Assembly (NCBI GenBank): GCA_050174015.1
Contig: JBFXKG010000007.1
Location: 64,001-128,000 of the forward strand
DNA from: Candidatus Krumholzibacteriia bacterium
GTDB taxonomy: Bacteria; Krumholzibacteriota; Krumholzibacteriia; LZORAL124-64-63
Reading direction: 5' to 3'
Length of the DNA: 64,000 nucleotides
Shown here one piece after another: positions 42,283-51,832 of the stretch (within the stretch, counting starts at the first letter, position 1; the number at the start of each line of letters is the position of its first letter). Made by a program: the position numbers and the translations under genes. Below the pieces are notes generated by a model. It was not told the origin of the DNA. It made no database searches and saw only the letters and a program-made list of their open reading frames with translations.

Positions 42283-43343
42283 GCGCCAGGGTCTACAAGC
42301 TCGCCTTCCAGCGGGCGGGGGACGGCCTGAGCCCACCGGATCCCGGGGCGGGGCTGGCCGATCTCGTCCGGAGGGTGGGGGCGCCACCCGGCGCGCCCCG
42401 GGGAGCGGCCTGGGGACTGAAGATCCGGCTGGCTCCCCCCGGCTTCGCGCCGGGGGTGCAGCCGTCGTGGCTGGCCGCCCTGGCTGCAAGCCTGGGCGCC
42501 GGGCCGGAATCCTTCGCCTGGGACTCCCTTTCCATCACCACCCGGGGGCTCGATACGCCCGCAGGTCTGCTGGCCCAGGCGGAGCGACAGGGCTACGCCG
42601 CGCCGGGTTCCGCCCTGGCGTTCCGGATCCCCGAAGCCGCCGGTCCCGGGCAGTCGTCCCCCGCCGGGGAAACGACGCAGCCTCCGGTCCTGGATCTGGC
42701 TCCGGCGGCCGCCCTGGCGACCCTGACCGCCATCCGTCCGCATCCCCACCTGGGGTTCTGGGGCGCGGTGGGCGATCTGGGCCTGGGCACGGCGTCCCGG
42801 GAGGCCAAGCTGGACCTGCACCGGGACATCCGGCCCCGGGTCGACACCCCGCTGTGCGCCGGCTGCGGGGCCTGCCTGAACGTCTGCCTTTTCGACGCCA
42901 TCGTCATCAAGGCCGGACGGGCCGTCATCGACCACGTCCGCTGCACCGGGTGCGGGGAGTGCATGAGCGTCTGCTTCATGGCCGGGATCGCCCCCGAGGC
43001 CGCCGCAGGAATCGGCCGGTTCCAGGCCGGGGTGGCTGCTGCGGCCGCGGCGGCGGCCGGCTCCTTCGCCGGCCGGACGTTCCACGCCGCCTTCCTGGTG
43101 GACATGGACCGCCACACCTCCGGCGCCGGGAAACGCACCCGCCCCCTCCTGGGAGACCTGGGGATCCTCGCTTCCCGGGATCCGGTGGCCCTCGACCAGG
43201 CGGTCTGGGACGAGATCACCCGGGCCTGCGGGGGCCCGCTGAAGACCTGGAGCGGTTACGCCCAGGACCCCGGCGTCCTCCTGGACGAGGCCGCGGCGGC
43301 GGGTCTGGGCTCCCGGGACTACCTGCTGGCCCCCGTTTCCTGA
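42279..43343 (+). CDS. DUF362 protein with 2x[4Fe-4S] ferredoxin insert
   Basis: CAGCGACLNVC and CTGCGECMSVC; GILAS.DPVALDQA. Confidence 0.85.
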   Translation: MSARVYKLAFQRAGDGLSPPDPGAGLADLVRRVGAPPGAPRGAAWGLKIRLAPPGFAPGVQPSWLAALAASLGAGPESFAWDSLSITTRGLDTPAGLLAQAERQGYAAPGSALAFRIPEAAGPGQSSPAGETTQPPVLDLAPAAALATLTAIRPHPHLGFWGAVGDLGLGTASREAKLDLHRDIRPRVDTPLCAGCGACLNVCLFDAIVIKAGRAVIDHVRCTGCGECMSVCFMAGIAPEAAAGIGRFQAGVAAAAAAAAGSFAGRTFHAAFLVDMDRHTSGAGKRTRPLLGDLGILASRDPVALDQAVWDEITRACGGPLKTWSGYAQDPGVLLDEAAAAGLGSRDYLLAPVS

Positions 43344-43551
43344 TTTCGTCTGGTTTTCGCCGGCTGGAAATAACCCGGCAGGATCCGGCGAAATCCTGGT
43401 AAATGATCCGCCTGCGTATTATAATGTTAGCCGCAAAAATACGGGGGATCTGGATGCCCACGGCGCCTTGATTTCGAGCTGTGTCCCCCGCGAAACGATC
43501 AAGGCGTGTTTTTTTTTGACCCTCGTTCGGATGAATCCGGGGAGTTGAACC

Positions 43552-45309
43552 ATGAATCGATCCCTGCAGATCAGGGCCGGGTTGACCGTCGTCATCCTGC
43601 TGCTGTCCATCTACGGCCTGCTGCCCACCTTCAAGGCCCTGTCCATTTCCCCAGCCGAGCGTGAGGCCGCCAAGTCCGATCCCGTGCGCCTCGCGGAGAT
43701 CCAGAAGATCGACGCCCAGGCCATCCGGCGCGGGCTCGACCTGAAGGGCGGCATGTACCTCGTCCTGGAAGTGGACCAGACCGGCATGAACGCCGGCGAG
43801 GCCCAGGACGCCCTGATGCGGGTGAAGGAGATCCTCTACAACCGCATCGACAAGTTCGGCGTCTCCGAGCCGGAGATCACGACCTTCGGCAGCAGCCGGA
43901 TCGTGGTCAAGCTGCCCGGCCTGCAGGATCCCGAGCGCGCCAAGAACCTGCTGGGCACCACCGCCCAGCTGGAGTTCCGCATGGTGCGCCCCTCCGACGA
44001 CATCCAGGACGCCCTCGAGCGCATGGACCAGCTCTTCCTGGGTGAGGTCGTGGGCGCCGCCGTGGCCGAAGGCGAGGACGTCGCCGCGGAAGTCCCTGCA
44101 GAAGCTCCTGCCGAATCCCCCGCCGAGGCCCCCGCCGCCGACGAGACGGCGAGCGCCGAGGGGGACTCCGCCGCCGATCCCTTCGCCGAGCTGGACGATC
44201 TGCTGGCCGACGCCGGCGATGCGGACGCCCTGGATTCCGAGTTCCTCAAGGAACATCCCTTCAGCGGCCTGCTGGTGATGGCCCCGGGCACCTATGCCAG
44301 CACGCCCCTGTTCGTCTCCGAGGAGAACGTGGATCGGGTGCAGGCCATGCTGGACGACGAGCGCGTCCCGGCCCGCCTGCGCGGCGTCGAGTTCCAGCTG
44401 GACATGGATCCGGTGAACATGGGTCAGGGCCAGATGCTGCGCCCGCTCTACCTGGTCGATGCCGTACCCACGCTGACCGGCGACCAGCTCACCGACGCGG
44501 TGTCCATGGCGGACACCGAACGGCCCGGCTCCTGGATGGTCAACTTCACGTTGAACAGCCGGGGCGCCCGCACCTTCGCCAAGGTCACCGGCGAGAACGT
44601 GGGCCGCTTCCTGGCGATCAGCCTGGACGGTCGCATCTCCTCCGCCCCGGTGATCGAGGGCCGCATTCCCAGCGGTTCGGGCACCATCAGCGGCAGCTTC
44701 ACCAACTCGGAGGCCAGCGACCTGGCCCTGCTGCTGCGCGCCGGCGCCCTGCCCGCGGACGTCTACATCGCCGAGGAACGCACGGTCGGCCCCAGCCTGG
44801 GATCGGACTCCATCCGGATGGGCCTCAACGCCGCCCTGTACGGGTCGCTGATCGTGATCGCCTTCATCCTGCTCTACTACCGCATGAGCGGATTCATCGC
44901 GGTGGCCGCCCTGATCAGCAACATCCTGATCCTCATGGCGGTGCTGGCCCAGTTCGACCTGGTCCTCACGCTTCCGGGCATCGCGGGCATCATCCTGACG
45001 GTCGGCATGGCCGTCGATGCCAACGTGCTGATCAACGAGCGCATCCGCGAGGAGCTGCGGAAGGCCAAGACCATCCGCGCCTCGGTCCAGTCCGGCTACG
45101 CCAATGCGACCCGGACGATCGTCGACGCCAACGTGACCACCCTGATCGCCGGCGGCATCCTCCTGTGGTTCGGCACCGGGCCCATCAAGGGGTTCGCCGT
45201 GACCCTCAGCATCGGCATCCTCACCAGCGTGTTCACCGCGCTGGTCATGACCCGGGTGCTGATGGAGTGGTACACCAAGGGCAAGGGCAAGCAGAAGATG
45301 AGCATCTGA
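43552..45309 (+). CDS. secD: Protein translocase subunit SecD
   Basis: GLDLKGG, RID.FGVSEP, LR.GALP, VGPSLG, LTLPGIAGIILTVGMAVDANV. Confidence 0.97.
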   Translation: MNRSLQIRAGLTVVILLLSIYGLLPTFKALSISPAEREAAKSDPVRLAEIQKIDAQAIRRGLDLKGGMYLVLEVDQTGMNAGEAQDALMRVKEILYNRIDKFGVSEPEITTFGSSRIVVKLPGLQDPERAKNLLGTTAQLEFRMVRPSDDIQDALERMDQLFLGEVVGAAVAEGEDVAAEVPAEAPAESPAEAPAADETASAEGDSAADPFAELDDLLADAGDADALDSEFLKEHPFSGLLVMAPGTYASTPLFVSEENVDRVQAMLDDERVPARLRGVEFQLDMDPVNMGQGQMLRPLYLVDAVPTLTGDQLTDAVSMADTERPGSWMVNFTLNSRGARTFAKVTGENVGRFLAISLDGRISSAPVIEGRIPSGSGTISGSFTNSEASDLALLLRAGALPADVYIAEERTVGPSLGSDSIRMGLNAALYGSLIVIAFILLYYRMSGFIAVAALISNILILMAVLAQFDLVLTLPGIAGIILTVGMAVDANVLINERIREELRKAKTIRASVQSGYANATRTIVDANVTTLIAGGILLWFGTGPIKGFAVTLSIGILTSVFTALVMTRVLMEWYTKGKGKQKMSI

Positions 45310-45403
45310 TCCCCCCGCGGGTCGGTCGCGGTCTTGACGGACGTGAAAGCACCCTCATGGGTTTTGAACCGGGACGGCAGAGCCCGGGAAAGGTAAGACG
45401 GTC

Positions 45404-46330
45404 ATGGAGTTCTTCAGGAATCCCAACATCAACTTCGTCGGCGCCATGAAGGCCGCCTTCACCGTTTCGGCGATCCTGGTCGTGGTCAGCGCGGTGTTGA
45501 TGATCATCCACGGCGGGCCCCGCCTGAGCATCGACTTCACCGGCGGATCGGTCCTGCAGGTGAGGATCGCTCCCCAACCGGGGGTCGGGGACATCCGGTC
45601 GGCCCTGGAGCAGAAAGGCTACAGCGGCGTCCAGGTCACGGAGTTCGGTTCGGACGACGAGTTCCTCATCACCTTCCCCAACGCTTCCGAGGGCGAGACC
45701 AACCTCGATGCGGCCCAGGCCCTGCTGACAGACCTGCGGGCCGGCCTGGCGGGCCGGGAGATCGAACTGCGCCGGGAAGAGAGCGTCGGGCCCAAGATCG
45801 GCGGCGAGTTGCGCACCGCGGCCGTCAACTCGGTGGTGGCGGCTCTGGCCCTCATCGTGCTCTACATCACGGTCCGGTTCGTGTTCCGGTACGGGATCGC
45901 GGCGATCATCGCCCTGATCCACGACGTGACCCTGACCCTCGGGGTGTTCAGTCTGATGGACTTCGAGGTCAGCCTGCAGATCATCGCCGCTTTCCTCACG
46001 ATCATCGGCTACTCGTTGAACGACACCATCGTGGTGTTCGACCGCATCCGGGAGAACATGAAGCTGCGCCGCAAGGAGAGCTACCGCGACGTCATCAACC
46101 GATCCATCAACGAGTGCCTCAGCCGCACGGTGCTGACCTCCTTGACCACCCTCTTCGTGGCGGCGACCCTGTACGCCATGGGCGGGCCCGTGATCCACGA
46201 CTTCGCCTTCGCCCTGGTGTTCGGCGTGGTGGTGGGGACCTACAGCTCGATGTTCATCGCCAGCCCCGTGCTGGTGTGGTGGTACGAGCGCCGGATCGCC
46301 GACAAGAAGCGCACGGCCTCGGACATGTGA
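45404..46330 (+). CDS. secF: Protein translocase subunit SecF
   Basis: IDFTGG, VGPKIG.EL, HDV, GYSLNDTIVVFDRIREN, GTYSSMFIA. Confidence 0.97.
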   Translation: MEFFRNPNINFVGAMKAAFTVSAILVVVSAVLMIIHGGPRLSIDFTGGSVLQVRIAPQPGVGDIRSALEQKGYSGVQVTEFGSDDEFLITFPNASEGETNLDAAQALLTDLRAGLAGREIELRREESVGPKIGGELRTAAVNSVVAALALIVLYITVRFVFRYGIAAIIALIHDVTLTLGVFSLMDFEVSLQIIAAFLTIIGYSLNDTIVVFDRIRENMKLRRKESYRDVINRSINECLSRTVLTSLTTLFVAATLYAMGGPVIHDFAFALVFGVVVGTYSSMFIASPVLVWWYERRIADKKRTASDM

Positions 46331-46359
46331 TCCTCGCCGACATCTGCGATGGAAAGACC

Positions 46360-46388
46360 AAGGAGCCCCGCCTCAGGCGGGGCTCCTT
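46360..46388. terminator. Hairpin between convergent secF and cytochrome genes
   Basis: AAGGAGCCCCGCC-TCA-GGCGGGGCTCCTT, 13-bp perfect stem. Confidence 0.7.
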
Positions 46389-46415
46389 CCGTAAGTCCGG
46401 GAATCCGAATCCGAA

Positions 46416-47507
46416 TCAATTGGCGTGGCAGGCCACGCAGGCCTGGCCATGGCCATGGTTCTGGTTGTGGCACTTCCGGCACAGCTGGCTCTGGTTCCCG
46501 CCGGAATAGGGACTCGGCAGGGGGTATGATCCTGAAACCAGGCCGTCCTGGGAGATGTCGTTCACGTAGAAGTCCCAGCGGCCGCCCTCGCGGGCCGAGG
46601 AGCCATGCGCCCGGTGGCAGGTCAGGCACATGATCCGGCTGGTGGACAGGGGGCCGGCGGTGTTGCCGACGGTCATGGCCGGGTCCTCGAAAGCCACCTC
46701 GGGGATGTAGGAGGACGCCGCAGTGCCCCCGCCGGGGCTGGAGGCGCCGGCGTAGCGGTTGTACTGGTTGATCTCCCCGCTTTCCAGGAAGTCGTCCGTC
46801 GGATGTTCGAAATCGACGTGGCCGTCCTCGAGGAGGTAGTTGCCGTGGCAGTTGGCGCACCACCGGGACATCCCGCTGCGATAGGCCGTGTGGTTGTCCA
46901 CGGCTTCCCGGGAGGTCGGCGAACAGCAATCGACGCCCACGGCCTCGGGTGCGGGGTAGAAGAAGGTGAACTCGCCCCCCTGGATGGGACCGGCGCCGTG
47001 GAGCATCCGGAAGTTCCGGTTGCCGTGGGGGTCGTGGCAGCTCGTGCACTCCAGGCGGTCGGACGGGAAGTTGCCTCCCGGGGAGTAGAGCCGGTCGGGA
47101 TCCCGGACCAGCCCGAAGGTGGGGGCGATGACGCTGTGGCCGGACGCGTGCCCGCCGACGGGATTCGTCAGGCCGTCGGGGGCGTCGTTGACGTTGTCCT
47201 CCAGCTGGAAGGTGAAGTTGCCGGCGCCGCGTTCGGGCGGGGGACCGAGGGGATTGGGGCCCATGACCCCGTCGGCCCCGCCATGGCAGATCAGGCAGAC
47301 GTCCGAGGCCGTGGGGGCCAGGAGCAGGGGACCATCGGTGACCCAGATGATCTGGCCGTCCTCGCTGGCATGCATGATGTGGCACCCGTTGCAGTTGCCG
47401 ACTCCCTGCTGGTGGAAGGCCCGGGCCGGGGCGCCGGCGGCGAAGCCGGCAAGGACGATCAGACAGACGATGAGGATACGTTTCCGGAATTGAAGTCTGG
47501 ATGGCAT
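46416..47507 (-). CDS. Heptaheme c-type cytochrome, OmcS-like paralogue
   Basis: Signal peptide ARA-FH; CNGCH(IMH), CLICH, CTSCHDPHG, WCANCH, CLTCHRAHG, CRKCH plus extra C-terminal CVACH. Confidence 0.88.
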   Translation of the reverse strand: MPSRLQFRKRILIVCLIVLAGFAAGAPARAFHQQGVGNCNGCHIMHASEDGQIIWVTDGPLLLAPTASDVCLICHGGADGVMGPNPLGPPPERGAGNFTFQLEDNVNDAPDGLTNPVGGHASGHSVIAPTFGLVRDPDRLYSPGGNFPSDRLECTSCHDPHGNRNFRMLHGAGPIQGGEFTFFYPAPEAVGVDCCSPTSREAVDNHTAYRSGMSRWCANCHGNYLLEDGHVDFEHPTDDFLESGEINQYNRYAGASSPGGGTAASSYIPEVAFEDPAMTVGNTAGPLSTSRIMCLTCHRAHGSSAREGGRWDFYVNDISQDGLVSGSYPLPSPYSGGNQSQLCRKCHNQNHGHGQACVACHAN

Positions 47508-47818
47508 TCGGTCTGGACTCTCTTTCCCCCCGTGGGCGACCTGCGATCGGCCGGCGCCCCCATGATGACCTCTGGTCACGGCCTCGGCGGAAGAGCGCGT
47601 CCGCGACTCCCCCACCCGGCCTTGATGCCGAGGCTTTTCCCAAGGTGATTCCACGACAATCATATCAAATACCCGAGGTGAATCCCAGGATGAACCGCCA
47701 CGAACCATCGATCGGGCTGGGACAAACCAGCCCCGACCTGCCCGGGCGAAGTCGCCGTTCCGGTGATTCGGCTCTTAACCTTCGTACCTGAGAAACTTCG
47801 GACACCATCCAGCTTCGC

Positions 47819-49015
47819 TCACGCTTGCAGCGCGGTCCCCGAGGGGGAAGGGGATTCCTGGGGTCTCACCCCCGGCGCCGGCAGTCCCTGCGATCCCTGC
47901 GCCTGCATTCCCTGCGCCTTCTCGTGGACATGCCGGTGGCAGGCGCTGCACAGGGTGATCAGGTTGTCGGGCCTGTTCGTGCCGCCCCTAGCCCGCGGCT
48001 GGACGTGATGCACTTCCAAAAACCGCGAATTGGTGCAGCCGGGCCCCTGGCAACGGTGTCCGTCCCGGGCCAGCACCCGCCGGCGCACCCTGGGCGGGAT
48101 GGTCGCCGTGTTGCGCCCGGACCGGGGATCTTCGCTGCGGGAATCGCAGGTCACCCGTCCGGCGTCCCCCGGACCGAGGATCACATCCCCCCGGCTGGTC
48201 GAAGTCGAAAAACGGCCGCAATCGGGGCATTGGCGCACGTGAACCTGGAAAGAGGTCCCCCGGGGGACCCTCCGGGGCGCCGGTTTGGAGGTGCCCGCGG
48301 TGAGGTCGGCGGCCCCGGCGGTCGAGGGGGTGGCCTGGGCCTCGGCCTCGGTGTCGATCTGACCCCCGCCCAGGGCGTCCTCCAGCATCGAATCCAGCCC
48401 GGCGAGGATCCGCTCGACCCGATCTGCAATGGCCCCCGACTTGGTTAGCCTCTCCTGAAGGACCTCGAACCTGGCGAGCTGCTCGGGGGTCATCTCCAGG
48501 GACAACTTGACCGGGACGGCCGCGGCCAGCCGCCGCTCACGGGGGGCCGCCGGAATCAGTTTCCCCTGGCCGGGCGCCGTCTTCATGCCGGCGGCCTGGG
48601 CCCGGACCCTGGCGACGTCCTCCGCCAGCCGGCCCCTCGGGGTCGAGCAGGCCACCTTCACCCATTCCTTCTCGGTGGCCGGGGTGGCGACCTTGATGAT
48701 CTCGCGGGCCTTGGTGTAGCCGATCTTCCCGGTCTCCAGGGATTTTCTGATCTGCGGCAGGTCGTCCAGCTTGCGGGCCATGCGGACGAAATCCCCGGTC
48801 CTGGTCCGGGAGAAGCCAAGCTCCTTCTGGGCGTAGATCTGGATGGAGGCGAATCCGAGGTCCCGGTACAGACCGCGGGCCATGACGTCGGCGAACCAGA
48901 GGACGGCGCAGTGGCGGGCCTGGTCCATGATCCGGACGGCCTGTTTGAGGGCGGCGTGGGCGGCGGCGGCCGGCTGGCCGGGCTGGAAGACGGGAAGGAC
49001 GGGGCTGGAAGGCAT
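47819..49015 (-). CDS. HNH endonuclease with long helical N-terminal region (DUF222-like architecture)
   Basis: RRVLARDGHRCQGPGC...LEVHH..P...GG.N..DNLITLCSACH..H; ATG after AGGAGG. Confidence 0.85.
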   Translation of the reverse strand: MPSSPVLPVFQPGQPAAAAHAALKQAVRIMDQARHCAVLWFADVMARGLYRDLGFASIQIYAQKELGFSRTRTGDFVRMARKLDDLPQIRKSLETGKIGYTKAREIIKVATPATEKEWVKVACSTPRGRLAEDVARVRAQAAGMKTAPGQGKLIPAAPRERRLAAAVPVKLSLEMTPEQLARFEVLQERLTKSGAIADRVERILAGLDSMLEDALGGGQIDTEAEAQATPSTAGAADLTAGTSKPAPRRVPRGTSFQVHVRQCPDCGRFSTSTSRGDVILGPGDAGRVTCDSRSEDPRSGRNTATIPPRVRRRVLARDGHRCQGPGCTNSRFLEVHHVQPRARGGTNRPDNLITLCSACHRHVHEKAQGMQAQGSQGLPAPGVRPQESPSPSGTALQA

Positions 49016-49055
49016 ACTTCTCCTCCTGGGAATCCGGGAGGAGTGGACTCGATAT

Positions 49056-49084
49056 ATTATAGCGAAAAAAAGGCGAAACAGCAA
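49056..49084 (-). promoter_or_regulatory. Sigma70 promoter of the HNH gene
   Basis: TTGCTG-17 nt-TATAAT on the minus strand, ~40 nt upstream of the ATG. Confidence 0.7.
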
Positions 49085-49258
49085 GGGGAAAGTGGATACC
49101 GCCCTGGGAATTTCTGAAGAAATTTCGAGCCCGGCCACCCTGAGAACCAGGGAATCCCACCAGGAATCGGCCGGCCGGCTCCTGCGGGTCGAGGGATCAA
49201 ATGAACAGGCCCCGGAAGGAGATCCCCCGGGGCCGTATTCAACGAGTGCAGTCGGTCG

Positions 49259-49290
49259 CCTGCCGGAAGGGGCGAGCCCCTTCCGGCAGG
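49259..49290 (-). terminator. Strong 14-bp hairpin just downstream of the omcS-like gene
   Basis: CCTGCCGGAAGGGG-N4-CCCCTTCCGGCAGG; no clear U-tract, so possibly a stabilising hairpin. Confidence 0.55.
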
Positions 49291-49301
49291 GTCGGCAAGG
49301 C

Positions 49302-50399
49302 CTAGTAGGGGGCGTCCCCGAAGTCCTTGGTGTGGCACTTGTTGCAGAGCGAGCGCTGGTTCTGCACGAACGTGTACTGGTAGTACTTGTTCGCCACGTC
49401 GTCGGCGGTCGCACCGACGTCGGTCAACTGCGGGTGGCTGTCAGCGAGGAAGGTCTCGGTGAAGTCCCAGCGGCCGGCGTCGGGGAAGGCGGAGGCGTGG
49501 GCGCGGTGGCAGGTCAGGCACATGACCTGATCCACGCCGGTGGGGCCCTGCGTGTCGTTGGTGGAGTCGATGACGCCCAGGTCGACGTTGACCTTCTCGA
49601 AGGGCACCAGGCCGAAGTACGAGGTGGTGGCGGTCCCGCCGGTCAGGTCGTCGGAGCTCACGTAGGCGTTGTACGCCGCGGCGATGCTGCTGCCCATGCC
49701 CTCACCGGTGGGGTGCACGAAGTTGGTCGTGTTGGCGGCGTGGAAGTTGGTGTGGCAGTTGGCGCACCACTGGCTCATGCCGCTCTTGTAGACGGTGTGC
49801 TTGGCGTTGGTCTCGTCGCCGGAGCCGACGTTGGTATTACGGCTGTTGCCCTTGGCCACGGGAGCGGCGGCGGCGAAGGAGAAGCGGCCGCCGTCATACT
49901 TCGGGCCCTCGCCGTTGCCGTAGAGGATCCGGAAGTTCTGGTTGCCGTGGGGGTCGTGGCAGCTGGTGCAGCCGAGGTACTGGCTCTGGAACGTCCCGCC
50001 GGGGGCGGTGCTCAGGGTCGCATCCATGGCGATGCCGGCGCCGGGGGCCACGATGTTGTGACCGTGGCTGTCGCCGGTGCTGAAGGAGTCATGCCCGTGG
50101 GCGCTCCAGCTGTAGGTCTTGGTCAGCCAGTAGAAGTCGCCGCCGGGGCCGTAGCCGGTGCCGTTCTCGAACTGCCCGTAGCCGGCATGGCAGCTGAGGC
50201 AGGTGTCCGAGGGGCTGCCGTCGATCAGCAGGTACTCGTTGCCGATGGGGTTGCCGGTGTCGACTTCGACGCCGTCCTGGCTGTTGTGCATGGTGTGGCA
50301 GCCGGCGCACTCGGCGACGCCGCCGTCATGGAAGGCCACGGCAGCACCGGCCCAGAGGGCGACGGTGGCGATCAGGGTGACGGTCAGGAGAGATTTCAC
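49302..50399 (-). CDS. omcS: Hexaheme cytochrome, OmcS nanowire-subunit homologue
   Basis: GTG after GGAGG; mature N-terminus FHDGGVAECAGCHTMHNS, PGGDF.W..KTY.W, GHNIVA, TAPGGT, CTSCHDPHG, GMSQWCANCH, CLTCHRAHAS.F, QRSLCNKCHTKD; collinear with Geobacter OmcS as I recall it. Confidence 0.9.
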   Translation of the reverse strand: MKSLLTVTLIATVALWAGAAVAFHDGGVAECAGCHTMHNSQDGVEVDTGNPIGNEYLLIDGSPSDTCLSCHAGYGQFENGTGYGPGGDFYWLTKTYSWSAHGHDSFSTGDSHGHNIVAPGAGIAMDATLSTAPGGTFQSQYLGCTSCHDPHGNQNFRILYGNGEGPKYDGGRFSFAAAAPVAKGNSRNTNVGSGDETNAKHTVYKSGMSQWCANCHTNFHAANTTNFVHPTGEGMGSSIAAAYNAYVSSDDLTGGTATTSYFGLVPFEKVNVDLGVIDSTNDTQGPTGVDQVMCLTCHRAHASAFPDAGRWDFTETFLADSHPQLTDVGATADDVANKYYQYTFVQNQRSLCNKCHTKDFGDAPY

Positions 50400-50605
50400 G
50401 GAGGTGCCTCCAGATTGAAGGTTTCTGGTTTTGTGCTCGATCACTGTTGAACGGAAAGAACCAAGGCGAAGGGAAAGTCCTTCGTCGGCCGGCTGTCGTA
50501 GGGCCGGTCGGGAAAAGCTGGGTGATGTCTCCTTTCGGGAAGAACGGTCCACGTTCGTCGCAGGCGACGCGAACCCGAACGGGGCGGTATGGCCGCTGCG
50601 TTTGC

Positions 50606-51556
50606 TCATGAGATCTCCACCTTGAAGACCTGGACGCGCCCCTGGAATCCCTGTCCCACGAAGCAGCGCCCGGTGTGGTCGGTGGCGAGTGAACTGGGGT
50701 GGTAGAACTGGCCGGGGCCCGCGCCCAGGCTGCCGTACTCCCCGAGGAACTGGTGGTCGGCGTCGAAGACCATGATCTTGTGGCGCATCCGGTCCAGCAT
50801 GAGGAAGGTGCCGTCGGGCAGGAACGCCGCGCCGACGGGGAAGATCATGCGGCCGGGGCCGGTGCCGTAGCGGCCGAAGGCCGAATCGCTGCGGCCGTCG
50901 GCGGTGAAGACCAGGACCCGGTTCAGGTTGCCGCCGGGGATGTAGAGCCGACCGTCCTCGGCCTCGGCGGGACGGCCGAGATGCAGCACGTCGGAACCCG
51001 AATCGTTGGTGATGGTGCTGACCCAGATCACCTCGCCGGACCGGCTGTCGTGCTTGGCCAGGGTGCCCCGGAAGGCGTCCAGGGTCACGAAGTTCCCGTC
51101 GCGGGTGATGATCAGGTACCGGGGGGCCCAGCCGGGATCCACGGGCTGCACGGCGAAGTCCACGGGCTCTCCGAAGAGGTCGAGCCGCTTGATGGTGAAG
51201 CCGTAGTCCCCGTCGCTGTCCAGAAAGACGATGCCGCCGTTCCTGTCCAGGGATCCGTCGAGGGGAAAGGACAGGCCGGCGAAGGCGCCGGTCCGGAAGA
51301 TCTGGATGCCGTCGGTGTTCGTGAGGGCGAACAGGGACTGGCGGTCGTCGGTGATGCAGATCTCGCCGTTCAGGGGATCGCAGGTGATCGCCACGGGGCG
51401 CAGCCGCTCGGATCCGGCCGCGGTGACGTCGAGGATGTCCTGGTAGACGAACCGGACCTCGGCGGTCGCCGACCCGCAGACGCCAAGGACCACGACTGCG
51501 GCGAGCAGTCCGGCGGTCATCCTGGTGCGGGTGGCGGGGGACTTCACGGGGATCAT
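50606..51556 (-). CDS. Exported NHL-repeat beta-propeller protein
   Basis: Signal peptide; repeats P..I..D, FG.YG.GPG....P, GRVQVF. Confidence 0.88.
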   Translation of the reverse strand: MIPVKSPATRTRMTAGLLAAVVVLGVCGSATAEVRFVYQDILDVTAAGSERLRPVAITCDPLNGEICITDDRQSLFALTNTDGIQIFRTGAFAGLSFPLDGSLDRNGGIVFLDSDGDYGFTIKRLDLFGEPVDFAVQPVDPGWAPRYLIITRDGNFVTLDAFRGTLAKHDSRSGEVIWVSTITNDSGSDVLHLGRPAEAEDGRLYIPGGNLNRVLVFTADGRSDSAFGRYGTGPGRMIFPVGAAFLPDGTFLMLDRMRHKIMVFDADHQFLGEYGSLGAGPGQFYHPSSLATDHTGRCFVGQGFQGRVQVFKVEIS

Positions 51557-51617
51557 TTGCTCCGGGTTGCGGCCCTGGGCGGGAGGGGGCTGATCCCCTC
51601 ACAATTGCAATATACGA

Positions 51618-51645
51618 ATCATACCATACACCTAGGGAAAGTCAA
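51618..51645 (-). promoter_or_regulatory. Sigma70 promoter for the NHL-omcS unit within an AT-rich region
   Basis: TTGACT-16 nt-TATGAT with an extended -10 TG. Confidence 0.6.
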
Positions 51646-51832
51646 CAAAATCGTGGAATATTTAACAGAGAAAATGTTTTTTAGGCATATTTTATTAGTG
51701 AGTCGATAAGTTGATGTGAATTAATGACTTGAAAATGCAGAAATTGAGATTCAGTAACAATTTCTAAAAAAATCATGTCACCCCGTTGTCACAAAGCCCT
51801 CCGGGCAAGCCGGCAAATGTCATTTTGACGTC

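Noticed and set aside
47819..49015. IscB/Cas9-like RNA-guided nuclease
   Set aside because: No PLMP or split RuvC motifs; only a C-terminal HNH domain.
49302..51602. 766-aa ORF-track call as one protein
   Set aside because: The N-terminal ~400 aa are an alternate frame over the NHL gene; the real start is the GTG at 50399 with a GGAGG RBS and signal peptide.
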